The notes under the pieces were generated by a model. The model did not search any database. It was given only the letters and a program-made list of their open reading frames with translations, and was not told where the DNA came from. From NCBI GenBank assembly GCA_038087875.1, contig CM075995.1, forward strand, positions 558,001 through 622,000: a DNA stretch of 64,000 nt, read 5' to 3'. This document shows, piece after piece, positions 13,340-25,455 of the stretch (positions are counted from its first letter, which is position 1; each line of letters opens with the position of its first letter). The stretch is from Malacoraja senta. Taxonomy: Eukaryota. A program made the translations under genes and the position numbers.

Positions 13340-13627
13340 AGGTGGCACGGGTGGTAGAGCTACTGCTTACAGTGCCAGAGATCCTGACCAAGGGTACTGT
13401 CTGTATGGAGTTTGTACATTCTCCCCGTGACCCATGTGGGTTTTCTAAGAGATCTTCGGTTTCCTCCCACACTACAAAGATGTACAGGTTTGTAGGTTAA
13501 TTGGCTTGGTATAAATGTACCATTGTCCTTGGTGCGTGTAGGGTAGTGTTAATGTGCAGGGGTCGCTGGTTGGTGCGGACTCTGTGGGTCGAAGGGCCTG
13601 TTACGGCGCTGAATCTCTAAACTAAAT
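13340..13627 (+). mobile_element. HE1/V-SINE-like SINE
   Basis: Same family structure. Confidence 0.8.
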
Positions 13628-14027
13628 ACATTTCAGTGACTCAGGTATCTTTTCTCAATGGTACAGAGTAACACCCAAAATTCTAAATGAGGCTTAACCT
13701 GCACATTAAACACAAATTTACAGGCTACGACTGGTAATGTACAGGTCACGCCAGTGAGAGGTTTCTACTATTCTCAATAAATGTATTCCAGGCCTGCTGG
13801 CAAAATCAAGTAGAGCAGGCAGAATTCGTAAAGGGAGTAAATTAATTACATCTTTCACATAGATAGGCATCGACTCTACACTTTAAAACTTAACCAACAA
13901 ATGCCATGTGACCTTATCGATTATACTAAATGACCGAAGTACAATTTTATCAAAAGCTATAATATGCTTCCACAAGTTACACAAAAATCGTATTTTTCAA
14001 AGGCAATATTTATGAGGAATCTTTTAC

Positions 14028-14282
14028 CTTTATCAGAGGCTCTGGAAGAGAAACCACTTGTTGTAGAGATGTTATCATCTTCATGCAGAGAACCAGTGTC
14101 TTTGATTTCCTTTACCAGTGAGAATCCTGAATTGCCAATGGGAAATGAAGCGGACGTGGATGGTTGACAATCATGTGCTGGTGTATCTACTGCCGCACAA
14201 TTAAAGTGTGTTCGATGAAGAGCGGGTCGCAGTAGCAGCATGTCCGAGAAATTTAAAGCAGTTTTGCTTGATGGTGGGCTGA
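14028..14282 (-). CDS. NUP153: NUP153 coding exon 3 (...CQPSTSASFPIGNSGFSLVKEIKD...NISTTSGFSSRASDK)
   Basis: Strongly conserved Nup153-family segment; tttttttacag acceptor, AAG|GTAAA donor; 255 nt keeps phase 1. Confidence 0.96.
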
Positions 14283-16692
14283 CTGTAAAAAAATGAGAAA
14301 TGAGGTTATCATCTAATCACAGACACAATTCAATGTGAGCTTGCATATTTTAGTTTCCTCTTCAGGTCATGAATTATCACAGACCTAAGAGAACCAAAGT
14401 TAACATGAATGGAAAATGAACATTTCAAGGTATAACATCCATAATTTCACATGACGTAAGAGCAGACCTAGGCTATTCGGCCTATTGAGCCTGCTCCACC
14501 ATTCGATCATGGCTGATCTATTTATCCCCTCTCAATCCCATCTTCCTGTCTTCTTCCTGTAAACTTTGACACCATTACTAATCAAGAACCTATCTAGTTC
14601 TCCACTTTTACTTGTTTGTGGAACAGAAGCAGATTCGGACAAACAGGATTAAGAGCTTTGGAACGGATGGATACAGAAGTAACATGCAAAACATATGTTC
14701 AATGGGAAGTTACTTCAAGTGTCTTTGTGTGGATGAATAAAGTCACGCAGAAATGAATTGAACAGATAAACCTATAAATATCACGACAATCCAATTGCAC
14801 AAATGAAAAGTTTAGGAACCGAATTAAAAGAAACGTGGCGAAAATCAGAACAATATTAAAACGCATAGTACAATATGTACTGGTGTCAAGAAAAATTCTT
14901 TAAATATGAACAAGAAAATAGAAGCAGGAGCAGACCAGTTGGCTCCTCGTGCCTGCCTTGCAATTCCATGCCTGCTCCCCAAAATGGAAACTGAATTAAT
15001 AGAAAAGGGACAGCTATGTTTCCGTCAGTTCTTTGATGCACACAACTCAGGTGAATACCAAGTTGGTAAGAATGAAATGAATGACAGTAAGAAAAATCAA
15101 CTAATTTTAGGAAAAGAAAAGTAACAGGGACAAATTTAAGTCATAGAGTTGCACAGCACAGAAATAGAAAATATGCCACCGCGCCGACCTTTTTGCCCAT
15201 ATATACTAATCCTATTTGCCTGAATTAAGACTAAATCATCAATGTCTTGCCTATGTAAATGTCTGTAAGTTAATTGATGTGTTGGACAGAATTTTAGTGG
15301 AAGTGGTTTGAAGGTTAGGGTCAAGAACTCAGGAGAGGAATAGATTGGGTAGAAGCACAAATTCCCCTTCCCAGGGAAACATGAACCAGAGGACATGGGT
15401 TTAAGGTGAGGGGGGGGAAGATGTAATAGGACCCTGAGCGGTAACTTTTTCACACAATGGGTGGTAGGTGTATGGAACGAGCTGTTGGAGGAGGTAGTTG
15501 AGACGAGTACTATCACAATGTTTTAGAAGCATTTAGACAGGTACATGGATATTATAAGTTTGGGGGGATATGGGCGAAATGCAGGCAGGTGGGACAAGTG
15601 TAGATGGGACATGTTGGCCGGCGTGGGCAAGTTGGGCTGAAGTGCCTGTTTCCACGCTGTGAGACTCTATAACTGCTTTACGGTGATGTTGGAATTAGGC
15701 AGCAGCACCCCAGAATTTTCTGTTCATTATGCGCATCAATGATTTAGATACAGAATTTGCAGAGGGGTGTTCAGAAAATAGTAATTAACATATTGAGAAA
15801 TGAAAGATGTTGTATATGACCTTATAACCTGATTTAAGAAATCAAAGAACACAAATTCTTCAGTACACTTTTCAAATTAGTAATATGTTTCAAGGTATTT
15901 ATTAATATATGTTCCATTGGAAACAGGGCAATGGAATGCAGAAATTAAAAGGCAGATTAAATCCTACATGATGAAAGTGGGCTTGCTTGAGCTGTGGTTA
16001 CAGCAGCGGTGCATTCTGGATCAAAAAGGCAAAGGTCAGATCTCATTGGGCCTGACCAACATAACATTGTTTGCCAATGGTCTCCAATGAATCATACTGC
16101 TGGGAACACTCTGTATGGTGGAACAACTATGTATTGGACAGTGCAAAGTAAGTCTCTGCCTAACTGCTCCTTTCACAATTCCCATGTACCTTGAGACCAT
16201 AGACAATTATAAACCGAAAAAACCCACAGCTACTTCATTCAACTTAATTAAAACACACATAAAAGCTAAGAAGAGCACTTACAATTCACACATTTTATTG
16301 AAGACCTGTCGCCTCATTTGAAAGAGCAGGGGTATGATAAATATGCCCACCATGACAGCATAAAACAGAGGAATGTATCTGGCCCCTCAGCGAAGGCAAT
16401 TTAAAACACTCCTGTATTCAATGGCAGACCAGTGACACAGCAAGAGGACAGCTACTTGGTAGATCAACCTGGCTTAAAAATTTGAAAGGACCTGGGAAAC
16501 AAAATCTTACTCAATGACAAAAGCACACTTGATGGCTGAGTGACATAGTCCTGCTCCTGATTCATATGTTTGGTACTTTCAATACAAAGATTGACACGAA
16601 AGAGCGGGGCTGTTATTGGAGAAGAGGAGACAGATTATTTTGATACAAGACTTTTAAGCAAAGCTGGTATGGCTCGAAATAGATATAAATAC

Positions 16693-17412
16693 CTCCTCTA
16701 ACCTCATCTACTCCATCTGGCGTTCCCGAGGTGGCTTCCTGCACATCAGCACAAGACCAAGAGTAAACTTGGTGACCTTTTCGCTAAACAATTACCTTCG
16801 GTCTGCCAAAGGCTATTGGATCTCTAGGTTGTGAAATATTTTAACTCTTCTTTCCATTCCCACCCAGACCTTTCAGTCCTGGGCTTCCTCCGTTGCCAGA
16901 GCAAGGCCACATGCAAAGTGGAGGAACAGCACTGCCATTTCCATTCGAGTAGCGTACAATCCAATGGCATAACATAGAATTTCCAATTTTAGGTAACCAC
17001 CTATTATACCGCCATACAACCTACCTCTTTCTACCCCCACAACCAACTTTTTCTTCACCCTCTCCTGGGCCCCACCTAGATTTCCATCCATTTCTCCACT
17101 CCCCTCTCCTCTACTTTCCTCCCTCTAGCTTCGTAATTCGCAACTCCAACTGTGTCTCACACCTTCCGTTTTCAATCTCTGTTCTTTGTTCCAACCATCA
17201 ATCCCCTCACCTGTATCCACCTATTACTTGCCCCCGTTTGCCCTGCCTCACCCCTCTTCTAGCTTTCTTCTCCCCCCACCTACAATCAGTTCGAAGGGTC
17301 CGACCTGAAATGTCGCCTATCCCTGTCCTCGAGATGCTGTCTGACCTGCTGAGTTACTCTAGCACTTTGCGTCCTTTTGTGTATTAACCAGCATCTGCAG
17401 TTCCTTATTTCT
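16693..17412 (+). mobile_element. Penelope-like 3' end, degenerate (GIY-YIG remnant + tail)
   Basis: Similar to 49553-50008. Confidence 0.7.
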
Positions 17413-17835
17413 AGATAAAAATAGGCTGTTTTCACTGATTAAATAATCACAGGGTTGGGATTTATAAATCCAAGAACAATTTTCAAAATGAGCCAAAGAA
17501 CAGGGCAAGTTGTCAACAGAAAAAGCACGTAATTGCAGTTAAACACAAACTATGCTGCAAATAATCCAAAACAAACACAAGTGCAAGCTTCAAACCCTTA
17601 ATAACATTCTTTGCAGATAATCAGATTCAATTTTCATGATCGCAAGAGGGCCCAACCTTGCAGGCAGTAAAATGAGTCACTTCTGCAGGGGATTATTTTT
17701 ATACAAACTTTCAATCATGACTACTTTGTGCCCTATGAAGAACCTTTTTCCATTGAAAATTATATTGCCTCTATCCATTTTCTACGTACAGAAACATCCC
17801 CACAAACCCACTCAAGCATTTAATTATAAACCTAC

Positions 17836-18040
17836 CTGCTGTATTGTTGGTTGCAGATGTTGAATTATGTCTTCTATTATCAAATAGCAGGGTCTCATTT
17901 ACAAGGGCTGGATCATTATCATGATTGTCAATCGATCTTTTTGCTTCGACTGGTTCCACCTTGGAAGTGTGCCCAAAGTACTTCTGCAGCCATCCAGGTA
18001 CTATATTCTTCACAGTATCTGTAACTCTGCCAATGATTCC
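17836..18040 (-). CDS. NUP153: NUP153 coding exon 2 (GIIGRVTDTVKNIVPGWLQKYF...)
   Basis: RVT.TVKNIVPGWLQ.YF is the NUP153 N-terminal motif; CAG acceptor, G|GTAGG donor; 205 nt, phase 0 to 1. Confidence 0.95.
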
Positions 18041-18607
18041 CTGTGGATAAATGTATTTAAAAATGTAAGAAAAGATCTTTAACTTGACCACAATAAATTA
18101 CAATGAATCAAAAAAGATCCGTCTTAACTGGCTCTCACAAATATCTAAAAAGGCTTCAAATGAAAGGCTAAACAATTCCTAATGTGATAAGAAGCATCGA
18201 AGCAAAGTTTGTTAGCAGAATAAACAGAACAAAATAAAGAGGTGAAACTAACAAGCAGCTAACAAAGCCGCTCATCCTTATGGGTAAGATATTTAACAAA
18301 TTACAATTTTTCAGAATTTAACTTTTGCAAGAAGCCTGAACTCAAAATTGAAGTCTCAAATATTATTATTGCTATTCCGATTCTACCACAAACTACAAGA
18401 TTAACATGTTATAAAATGAGAAATCATAAAATTATATGCCTGTGAAGGTCATGCAGCCATTTGCGCCTGTTCCAAATTCTTCGCTAATTGCTCCGTTAGT
18501 CTAATTTTCCTTTCCTATTCTCTTTGGGGAAATTACTCTGTTTTGTTCTTACTCAGCTTCCACCAATTCTTCAGGTATTCCATTCCAAAATGAAACTTAC
18601 TTCAGAT

Positions 18608-20658
18608 TTGACTTCAGACACTCTCCTCTGCCAAGCGAGCTGGTCCTTGCCTTTCGACTCCTCCCACTTTCTCCAAGTCAAAGGCATAGCTATGGGCACT
18701 CGCATGGGGCCCAGCTATGACTGCCTCTTTGTAGGTGCATTGAACAATCCCTATTCCAGGCGTACACTGGCCCTAACTCAATCTCCGCTACATTGACGAC
18801 TGCATTGGTGGTATCTCCTGCGCGCATGCACAACTCATGGACTTTATTAACTTCACCACCAATTTCCATCCTGCACTCAAATTCATTTGGACCATCTCCG
18901 ACTCCTCCCTCCCCTTTCTTGATCTCACCATCTCCATCGCAGGACATAGACCATCGACTGACGTCTTCTACAAACCTACTGGCTTCCCAACTATCTCGAC
19001 TACACTTCAACCCAGATGTATACATTTCTGAGGAGAAGGAATGGGTGACATTTCGGGTTGAGACCCTTCTTCAGACTGATGTCAGGGGATGGGCAGTATA
19101 GAGATAAAATGTAGTTGGAGACAGTAAGTAAGACTGTTCGGAGAACTGGGAAAGGGAAGCGGGTGGAGAGAGAGGGACAGCAAGGGTCAATGTTCATACC
19201 GCTATTATATTATAAGCTACCCAAGTGAAATATGAGGTGCTGTTCCTCCAATTTGCACTGGGCCTCACTCTGACAATGGAGGAGGCCCAGGACAACGGTC
19301 AGTGTGGGAATGGGAGGGGGAGTTAAAGTGTTGAGCAACCGGGAGATCAGGTAGGTTTAGGTGGACTGAGCAGAGGAGACTGCTTGGTCTCGCCGATATA
19401 CACACCTGGAACTGCGAATACAGTAGATGAAATTGGAGGAGGTGCAAGTGAACCTCTGCCTCACCTGAAAAGACCCGGGGGTCCTTGGACGGAGTCAAGG
19501 GAGGAGGTATAGGGACAAGTGTCGCATCTCCCGCAGTTGGAGGGGAAAGTACCTGCGGAGGGGGTGGTTTTGGGTGGGAAGGGACGAGTTGACCAGAGAG
19601 TTGCTGAGCGAATGGTCTCTGCAGATAGGGGTAGAGGTGGGAAGATGTGGCTAGTAATGGGACCCCATTGGATATGTCGAAAACGTCGGAGGGTTATGTG
19701 CTGTATGCGACGGCTGATAGGGTGAAAGGCGAGGACAAGGGGGACTCGTTCTTGTTACGAATGGGGGGAGTGGGAGCAAGAGCGGAGCTGCGGGATATCG
19801 AGGAGACCCTAGTGAGAGCCTCATCTATAATGGAAGAGGGGAGCCCCCGTTCCTAAAGAATGTAAACATCTCCGATGACCTGGTATGGAACACCTCATCT
19901 TGGGCGCAGATGCGGCGTAGGAATTGGGAGTAGGGGATAGTCTTTACAGGAAGCAGGGTGGGAAGAAGTGCAGTCTAGATAGCTATGGGAGTCAGTGGGT
20001 TTATAATAGATGTCAGTCGATAATCTGTCTCCTGTGATAGAGACGGTGAGATCTAGAAACGGTAGGAAGATGTCAGAGATGGTCCAAGTGAATTTGAGTG
20101 TAGGGTGGAAATTAGTCATGAAGTTGGAAGTCAGTGAGTTCTGCATGGGTGCAGGAGGTACCACCGATGCAGTGATAAATGTAGCGGAGGTAGAGTTCGG
20201 GGACAGGACAAGTGTACGTCTGGAACAGTGATTTTTCGACATACCCTACAAAGAGGAAGGCATAGCTGGGGCCCATGCGAGTGCCCATGGCTAAGCCTTG
20301 GATTTTGAGGAAGTGGGAGTCGAAGGAGTTGTTAAGGGGTTGAGTTCAATGAATATTGATTTCTCTAACTTCAAGTAATCCCTGTATTCCACTCTCTCTC
20401 CATCCCTCTCCCACCCAAGTCACACCAGCTTTTTGTTCTTTCATCGTGACTTTTTTGCATTCATTTGTTCTATATCTCTCTAAATCACCGTCCTTATCTC
20501 TTGTTTCCCTTTTCCTGACTCTAGTCTGAAGAAGGGTCTCGACTCGAACGTCACCCATTCCTTCTCTCCAGAGATGCTGCCTGTTCCGTCCGCTGAGTTA
20601 CTCCAGCATTTTGTGTCTATCTTCGGTTTTAACCAGCATCTGCACTTCCTTCCTACAC
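18608..20658. mobile_element. Rearranged Penelope-like element (RT fragments on both strands, GIY-YIG remnant, two tails) bounded by a 13-nt direct repeat
   Basis: QVKGIAMGTRMGPSY; NFHP.LKF.W.IS...LPFLDL; DIYYKPTDSHSYL; ACTTACTTCAGAT at 18595-18607 and 20659-20671. Confidence 0.85.
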
Positions 20659-21894
20659 ACTTACTTCAGATAGGCGAAAACGAGAAGCTGGTGTGATTTG
20701 GGTGGGGGAGGGATAGAGATAGACAGAGGGAACGCCGGGGCTACATGAAGTTCGAGAGATCAATATTCATACAGGCCCATACTAAGCTTTTCAAAAAGGG
20801 GGGTGGCATGACAGGATTACAAAAAATGTTTATGTGCGCAAGTGAAATGTGAAGTCCCTCGTGGCTGGGGTTCTAGATGCTCTGGGGTTTTAGATGCTCT
20901 CTGGTGTCTTCTGAGCCTTATTTTGGAGCATTTTTGCACCAAATTTATGATCAATATTTCAGAAATAATTTTGGTTGAGTCAAGAGTAATGAGCGGGTGA
21001 ATGGGATGATTGGGGTCATTGTTGGATACATTTTTTTAAATCAAGAATTGTAGTTGTCCTTGCTTAAATAATCAAGTTGTACTGTTGTAAAATGTTATAA
21101 AGGAGCATGCAAAACTGCAAATAAAATACTGTAACTTTTAGAAAATGTTTTTGTGTGTTGATTTGATTGCCTGTTACTGTTCGACTGAGTGTGTGCAGTG
21201 AACCTTTAATGGTCCTTCTGACCTAATTGCAGAGTTGCCAAGTTTCACCGAGCGTTTCCGTATTTTGATGGCTGAAAATCAGTATTTTGTTGAGGAAATC
21301 GGTATTTCGCACATAAATGCAATACTACACAGAAACTAGGTTTTTGAAAATGTATTTTGCATGCAACCTCATGTATTCTCAAATATCAGTATGGAATACT
21401 GAAAATCAGTACCACTGAAATGTGAAACCATTTTTGAAATGTGAATTTATAATTCTTGATTTTGATTCAATCGTATCCTTATAACTATAAAACTCTGATC
21501 TTGGATGTGTGTTTGTGTGTATTTATTTGCTTGTGTGTTTCCACATCTTCTCGAAAAAACGACACGCGAATGGGAATTTTTTAAACATATTCTGGTAGAG
21601 ATTTACCCCCAGGAGTCCCAAATCAGCTTACCTGAAAATGTTGTGCTTTATTTCTTGAGTTATTAATAAAAATGTTCACAAATCGAATCAAACTTTGAAA
21701 TCAAAACGCCTGTTTTTCGCTGATGACGTGACAATGGATCTGCCTGCCTGCCGTCTGCTCGCAATGCGACTGGCGTCACCTCCCACCCATCCCTCCTCCC
21801 CCCATTGTTCAAAAGTCGCCCTGTCGACTGAAGACCAAAGATCATAGCTGAAGACTGCGTCGGCCCAACCAGCGCTCCTTTGGTCGATCGCACC

Positions 21895-22087
21895 TCGGCT
21901 CTCTCACCCTCCCCTCTCGGCTCAGGCCTCCCCCCACCTCTCTACCCCCCTCCCACCTCTCTACCCCCCTCCCCTCTCTCTCCCCCCCCTCAGCTCCGCT
22001 ACTCCCCCCTCTATCTCTCCCCGCCCTTCTCTCTCCTCCCCTCGGCTCAGCCCAGGCCTCCCCCCCTCTATCTTCCCACCCCCCCCT
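21895..22087. repeat. C/T-rich low-complexity tract
   Basis: Poly-pyrimidine tract with a repeated cctctctaccccc unit. Confidence 0.8.
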
Positions 22088-22869
22088 TCGGACGGTCATG
22101 TCACACCACTGGGCTGTAAACTGCCGAAACGAAATGAGATGCTGTTCCTCCAATTTGCATTTAGCCTCACTCTGACAAGAGGAAGAGATCTAGGACAGAA
22201 AGGTCTGTGCGGGAATGGGAAGGAGAATTAAAGTGTTTAGCAACGGGAGTTCAGGTATGTTCAGGCAGACTGAGCGAAGGTGTAACACCTTCATGCCCAA
22301 GTTTATAATTTGTTTTTCTGCCTCCCAGCCTACTTCTATTTACTTCCAATGGATTCATGCGTTGTGAGCTCAGTTAACGTTTTTCAGCTACATCCAGTCA
22401 TTCTTTTGACATGCATCAAAGTTATAGAATAGATGTGCTTTAAACATTTTGTTAATAAAGTGTCTTCAAATAGAAATGAACACTTGAATGTCTTCAATGT
22501 ACTGCACACAATTTTCTTGGGTTCAGTTTTGTCTTTGATTAGTTGAATATATAACACTATATTTGCATCAATCAAAATCTTTAATTCAAGCTTAAAGTAC
22601 AATCACTAGATTTCCCACTGAATTGAGCAAACACCCTCGACCACTGCTACGCATCCATAAAGGCCTACCATTCCACTCCTCAGCCACATTTCAGGAAATC
22701 TAATCACCAAGCTGTGCTTCTACTCCTTGCCTACAAACAAAAACTCAAGCTGAAGAAAAGCAAGATCTCAAGCCGGAAAGGGTGCAGAGAAGGTGCATGC
22801 ACCAAGAAACACAAGTAGCAAATGTAAATTTTGTGTTGATTTATTTACTATTGACATACAAATTTCATG

Positions 22870-23285
22870 AGAGGATGTTGCCAACACTCAAGGGTCTGAG
22901 CTATAGGGAGAATTTGAGGAGGCTGGGACTCTATTCCTTGGAGTACAGGAGGATGAGGGGTGATCATCATTAAATAATGAAAGGGATAGATCGGGTAGAC
23001 ACAGTCTCTTGCCCAGTGTAGGGGAATCAAAAACAAGAGGACATAGGTTTAAGATGAAGGGGGAAAGATTTAATAGAAATCTGAGGGGTAACATTTCACA
23101 CAAAGGGTGGCGGGTGTATGGAACAAGCTGCCAGAGGAGGCAGGGACTATTGCAATGTTTAAGCAACAATTAGGACAGGTTTAGAGGGATATGGGCCAAA
23201 TGCAGACTGATGGGACTAATCTAGATAGGACACGTTGGTTGGTTTCGGCAAGTTAGGCCAAAGGGCATTTTTGCACGCTGTATGA
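22870..23285 (+). mobile_element. CR1 3' fragment
   Basis: [20 protein letters not shown]; tail. Confidence 0.8.
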
Positions 23286-23884
23286 AACATAGAAAATAGG
23301 TGCAGGAGTCGGCCATTCGAGCCAGCACCGCCATTTAATATGATCATGGCTGATCATCCAAAATCAGTACTCCGTTCCTGCTGACTCTAAGACTGCAATG
23401 ACATTTTTAAAATGCTCTTCTGCAAGACTTCCTTTGCAAAGAATGATCAAGTTAGATGCAAGAGTTCAAACCAGATATATTATGGCAGGTGCATGAGATT
23501 ACACACCTCCTGCAAAAGTTAGCTATATTGTCCTAATGTAGAAATAACCTTAAAGCTCATATCATCAATTGTACATAGCTTCAAAGATTAAATTAATTGA
23601 AAACTGAAACATACTGAAAATCTCTCTTTTTTTTTTAAACTGTCAAAATGTCTTCAGAATGACAAGTTCAATTGCCATTTTCTGTGGTGGTTATTATGGT
23701 GAAAAAATTTAAACGTTAACATCTTTCTGTTACTCTCTTTCAATGCACATGGGGCTCCGAAGATGTCTTCCTTTCCATACGTTTTCAAAAGCCATTAATC
23801 ACCTTTAAAAAAAAAAGATTTGGTCCTTGATTCCTGCCTTCCTGCAATGGGTCCAGGAACAACCTTTAAAATCAGTAGATGGAC

Positions 23885-24262
23885 ATACGATCATAGTGAT
23901 AGGAGTAGAATTAGGCCATTCAGCCCATCGACTACTTCGGTATTCAATCATGGCATATCTATCTCTCCCTCCTTATCCTATTCTCCTGCCTGCGCCCCAT
24001 AACCTCTGACACCTGTACTAATCAAAAATCGATCCATCTCTCCCTTAAAAATATCCAATGACTTGGTCTCCACGGCCTTCTGTGGCGGAATTCCAGATTC
24101 ACCCTCTGACTAAAGGAATTTCTCCTCATCTCCTTCCGAAAAGAACGCCCTTTAATTCAGAGGCTATGTCTTTAAGTCCTAGACTCTCACAATAGTTGAA
24201 ACATTCTCTCGACATCCACTCAATCCAAGACTTTCACTTTTCTGTATGTTTCAACGAGGTTC
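23885..24262 (-). mobile_element. CR1 3' fragment, inverted relative to the adjacent copy
   Basis: Reverse complement resembles 25105-25455. Confidence 0.75.
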
Positions 24263-24265
24263 CCC

Positions 24266-25455
24266 ATTTGGAATTTTTTGAGGATGTAACTAAGAAATGG
24301 GACAAGGGAGAGCCAGTGGATGTAGTGTTCCTGGACTTTCAGAAAGCATTTGATAAGATCCCACATAGGAGATAAGTGTGCAGAATTAGGGCACAGGGTA
24401 TTGGGGGTAGAGTGCCAACATGGATAGAAAATTGGTTGGCAGATAGGAAACAAAGAGTATGGATTAACGGGTCGCTTTCAGAATGGCAGGCAGTGACTAG
24501 TGGGGTACCGCAAGGCTCGGTGCTGGGACCACAGCTATTTACAATTTTAATGATTTAGATGAAGGGATTACAAGTCACATTAGCAAACTTGCAGATGACA
24601 CAAAGCTGGGTGGCAATGTGAACTGTGAGGATGCTATAAGAATGCAGGGTGACTCGAACAGGTTGCAGTTCAATGTGGATCTGGCCAACCAAGGATAAAT
24701 GTGGATAAATGTGAGGTTATCCAGGAAGGCAGATTATTATCTAAATGGTGTCAAGTTGGGAAAAGGGGAAGTACAACAAGATCTGGGGGTCCTTGTTCAT
24801 CAGTCAATGAATGTAAGCATGCAGGTACAGCAGGCAGTAAAGAAAGCGAATGGAATGTTGGCCTTCATAACAAGAGTTGAGTATATGAGCAAAGAGGTCC
24901 TTCTGCAGTTGTACAGGGCCCTAGTGAGACCACACCTGGAGCATTGTGTGCAGTTTTGGTTTCCAAATTAGAGGAAGGACATTCTTGCTATTGAGGGAGT
25001 GCAGCGTAGGTTCACAAGATTAATTCCCGGGATGGCGGGACTGTCATATGCTGAGAGAATGGAGCGGCTGGACTTGTATACTCTGGAATTTAGAAGGATG
25101 AGAGGGAATCTTATTGAAACATATAAGATTATTAAGGGGTTGGACACGCTAGAGGCAGGAAACATGTTCCAGATGTTGAGGGAGTCCAGAACCAGGGACC
25201 ACTGTTTAAGAATAAGGGGCAAGCCATTTAGAACGGAGATGAGTAAACACTTTTTCACTCGGAGAGTTGTGAGTCTGTGGAATTCTCTGCCTCAGGTTCT
25301 GGAGGCTGGTTCTCTGGATACTTTCAAGAGAGAGCTAGATAGGGCTCTTAAAGATAGCGGAGTCATGGGGATATGGGGAGAAGGCAAGAACGGGGTACTG
25401 ATTGTGGATGATCAGCCATGACCAGTATGAATGGTGGTGCTGGCTCAAAGGGAAC
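24266..25455 (+). mobile_element. CR1/HER1-like LINE, 5'-truncated (RT C-terminus + tail)
   Basis: LDFQKAFDK; [11 protein letters not shown]; LYRALVRPHLE; FTRRVVSLWNSLP. Confidence 0.9.

Noticed and set aside
21470-21900. Possible Helitron-like or other DNA-transposon remnant
   Set aside because: Only a vague resemblance; no termini could be verified
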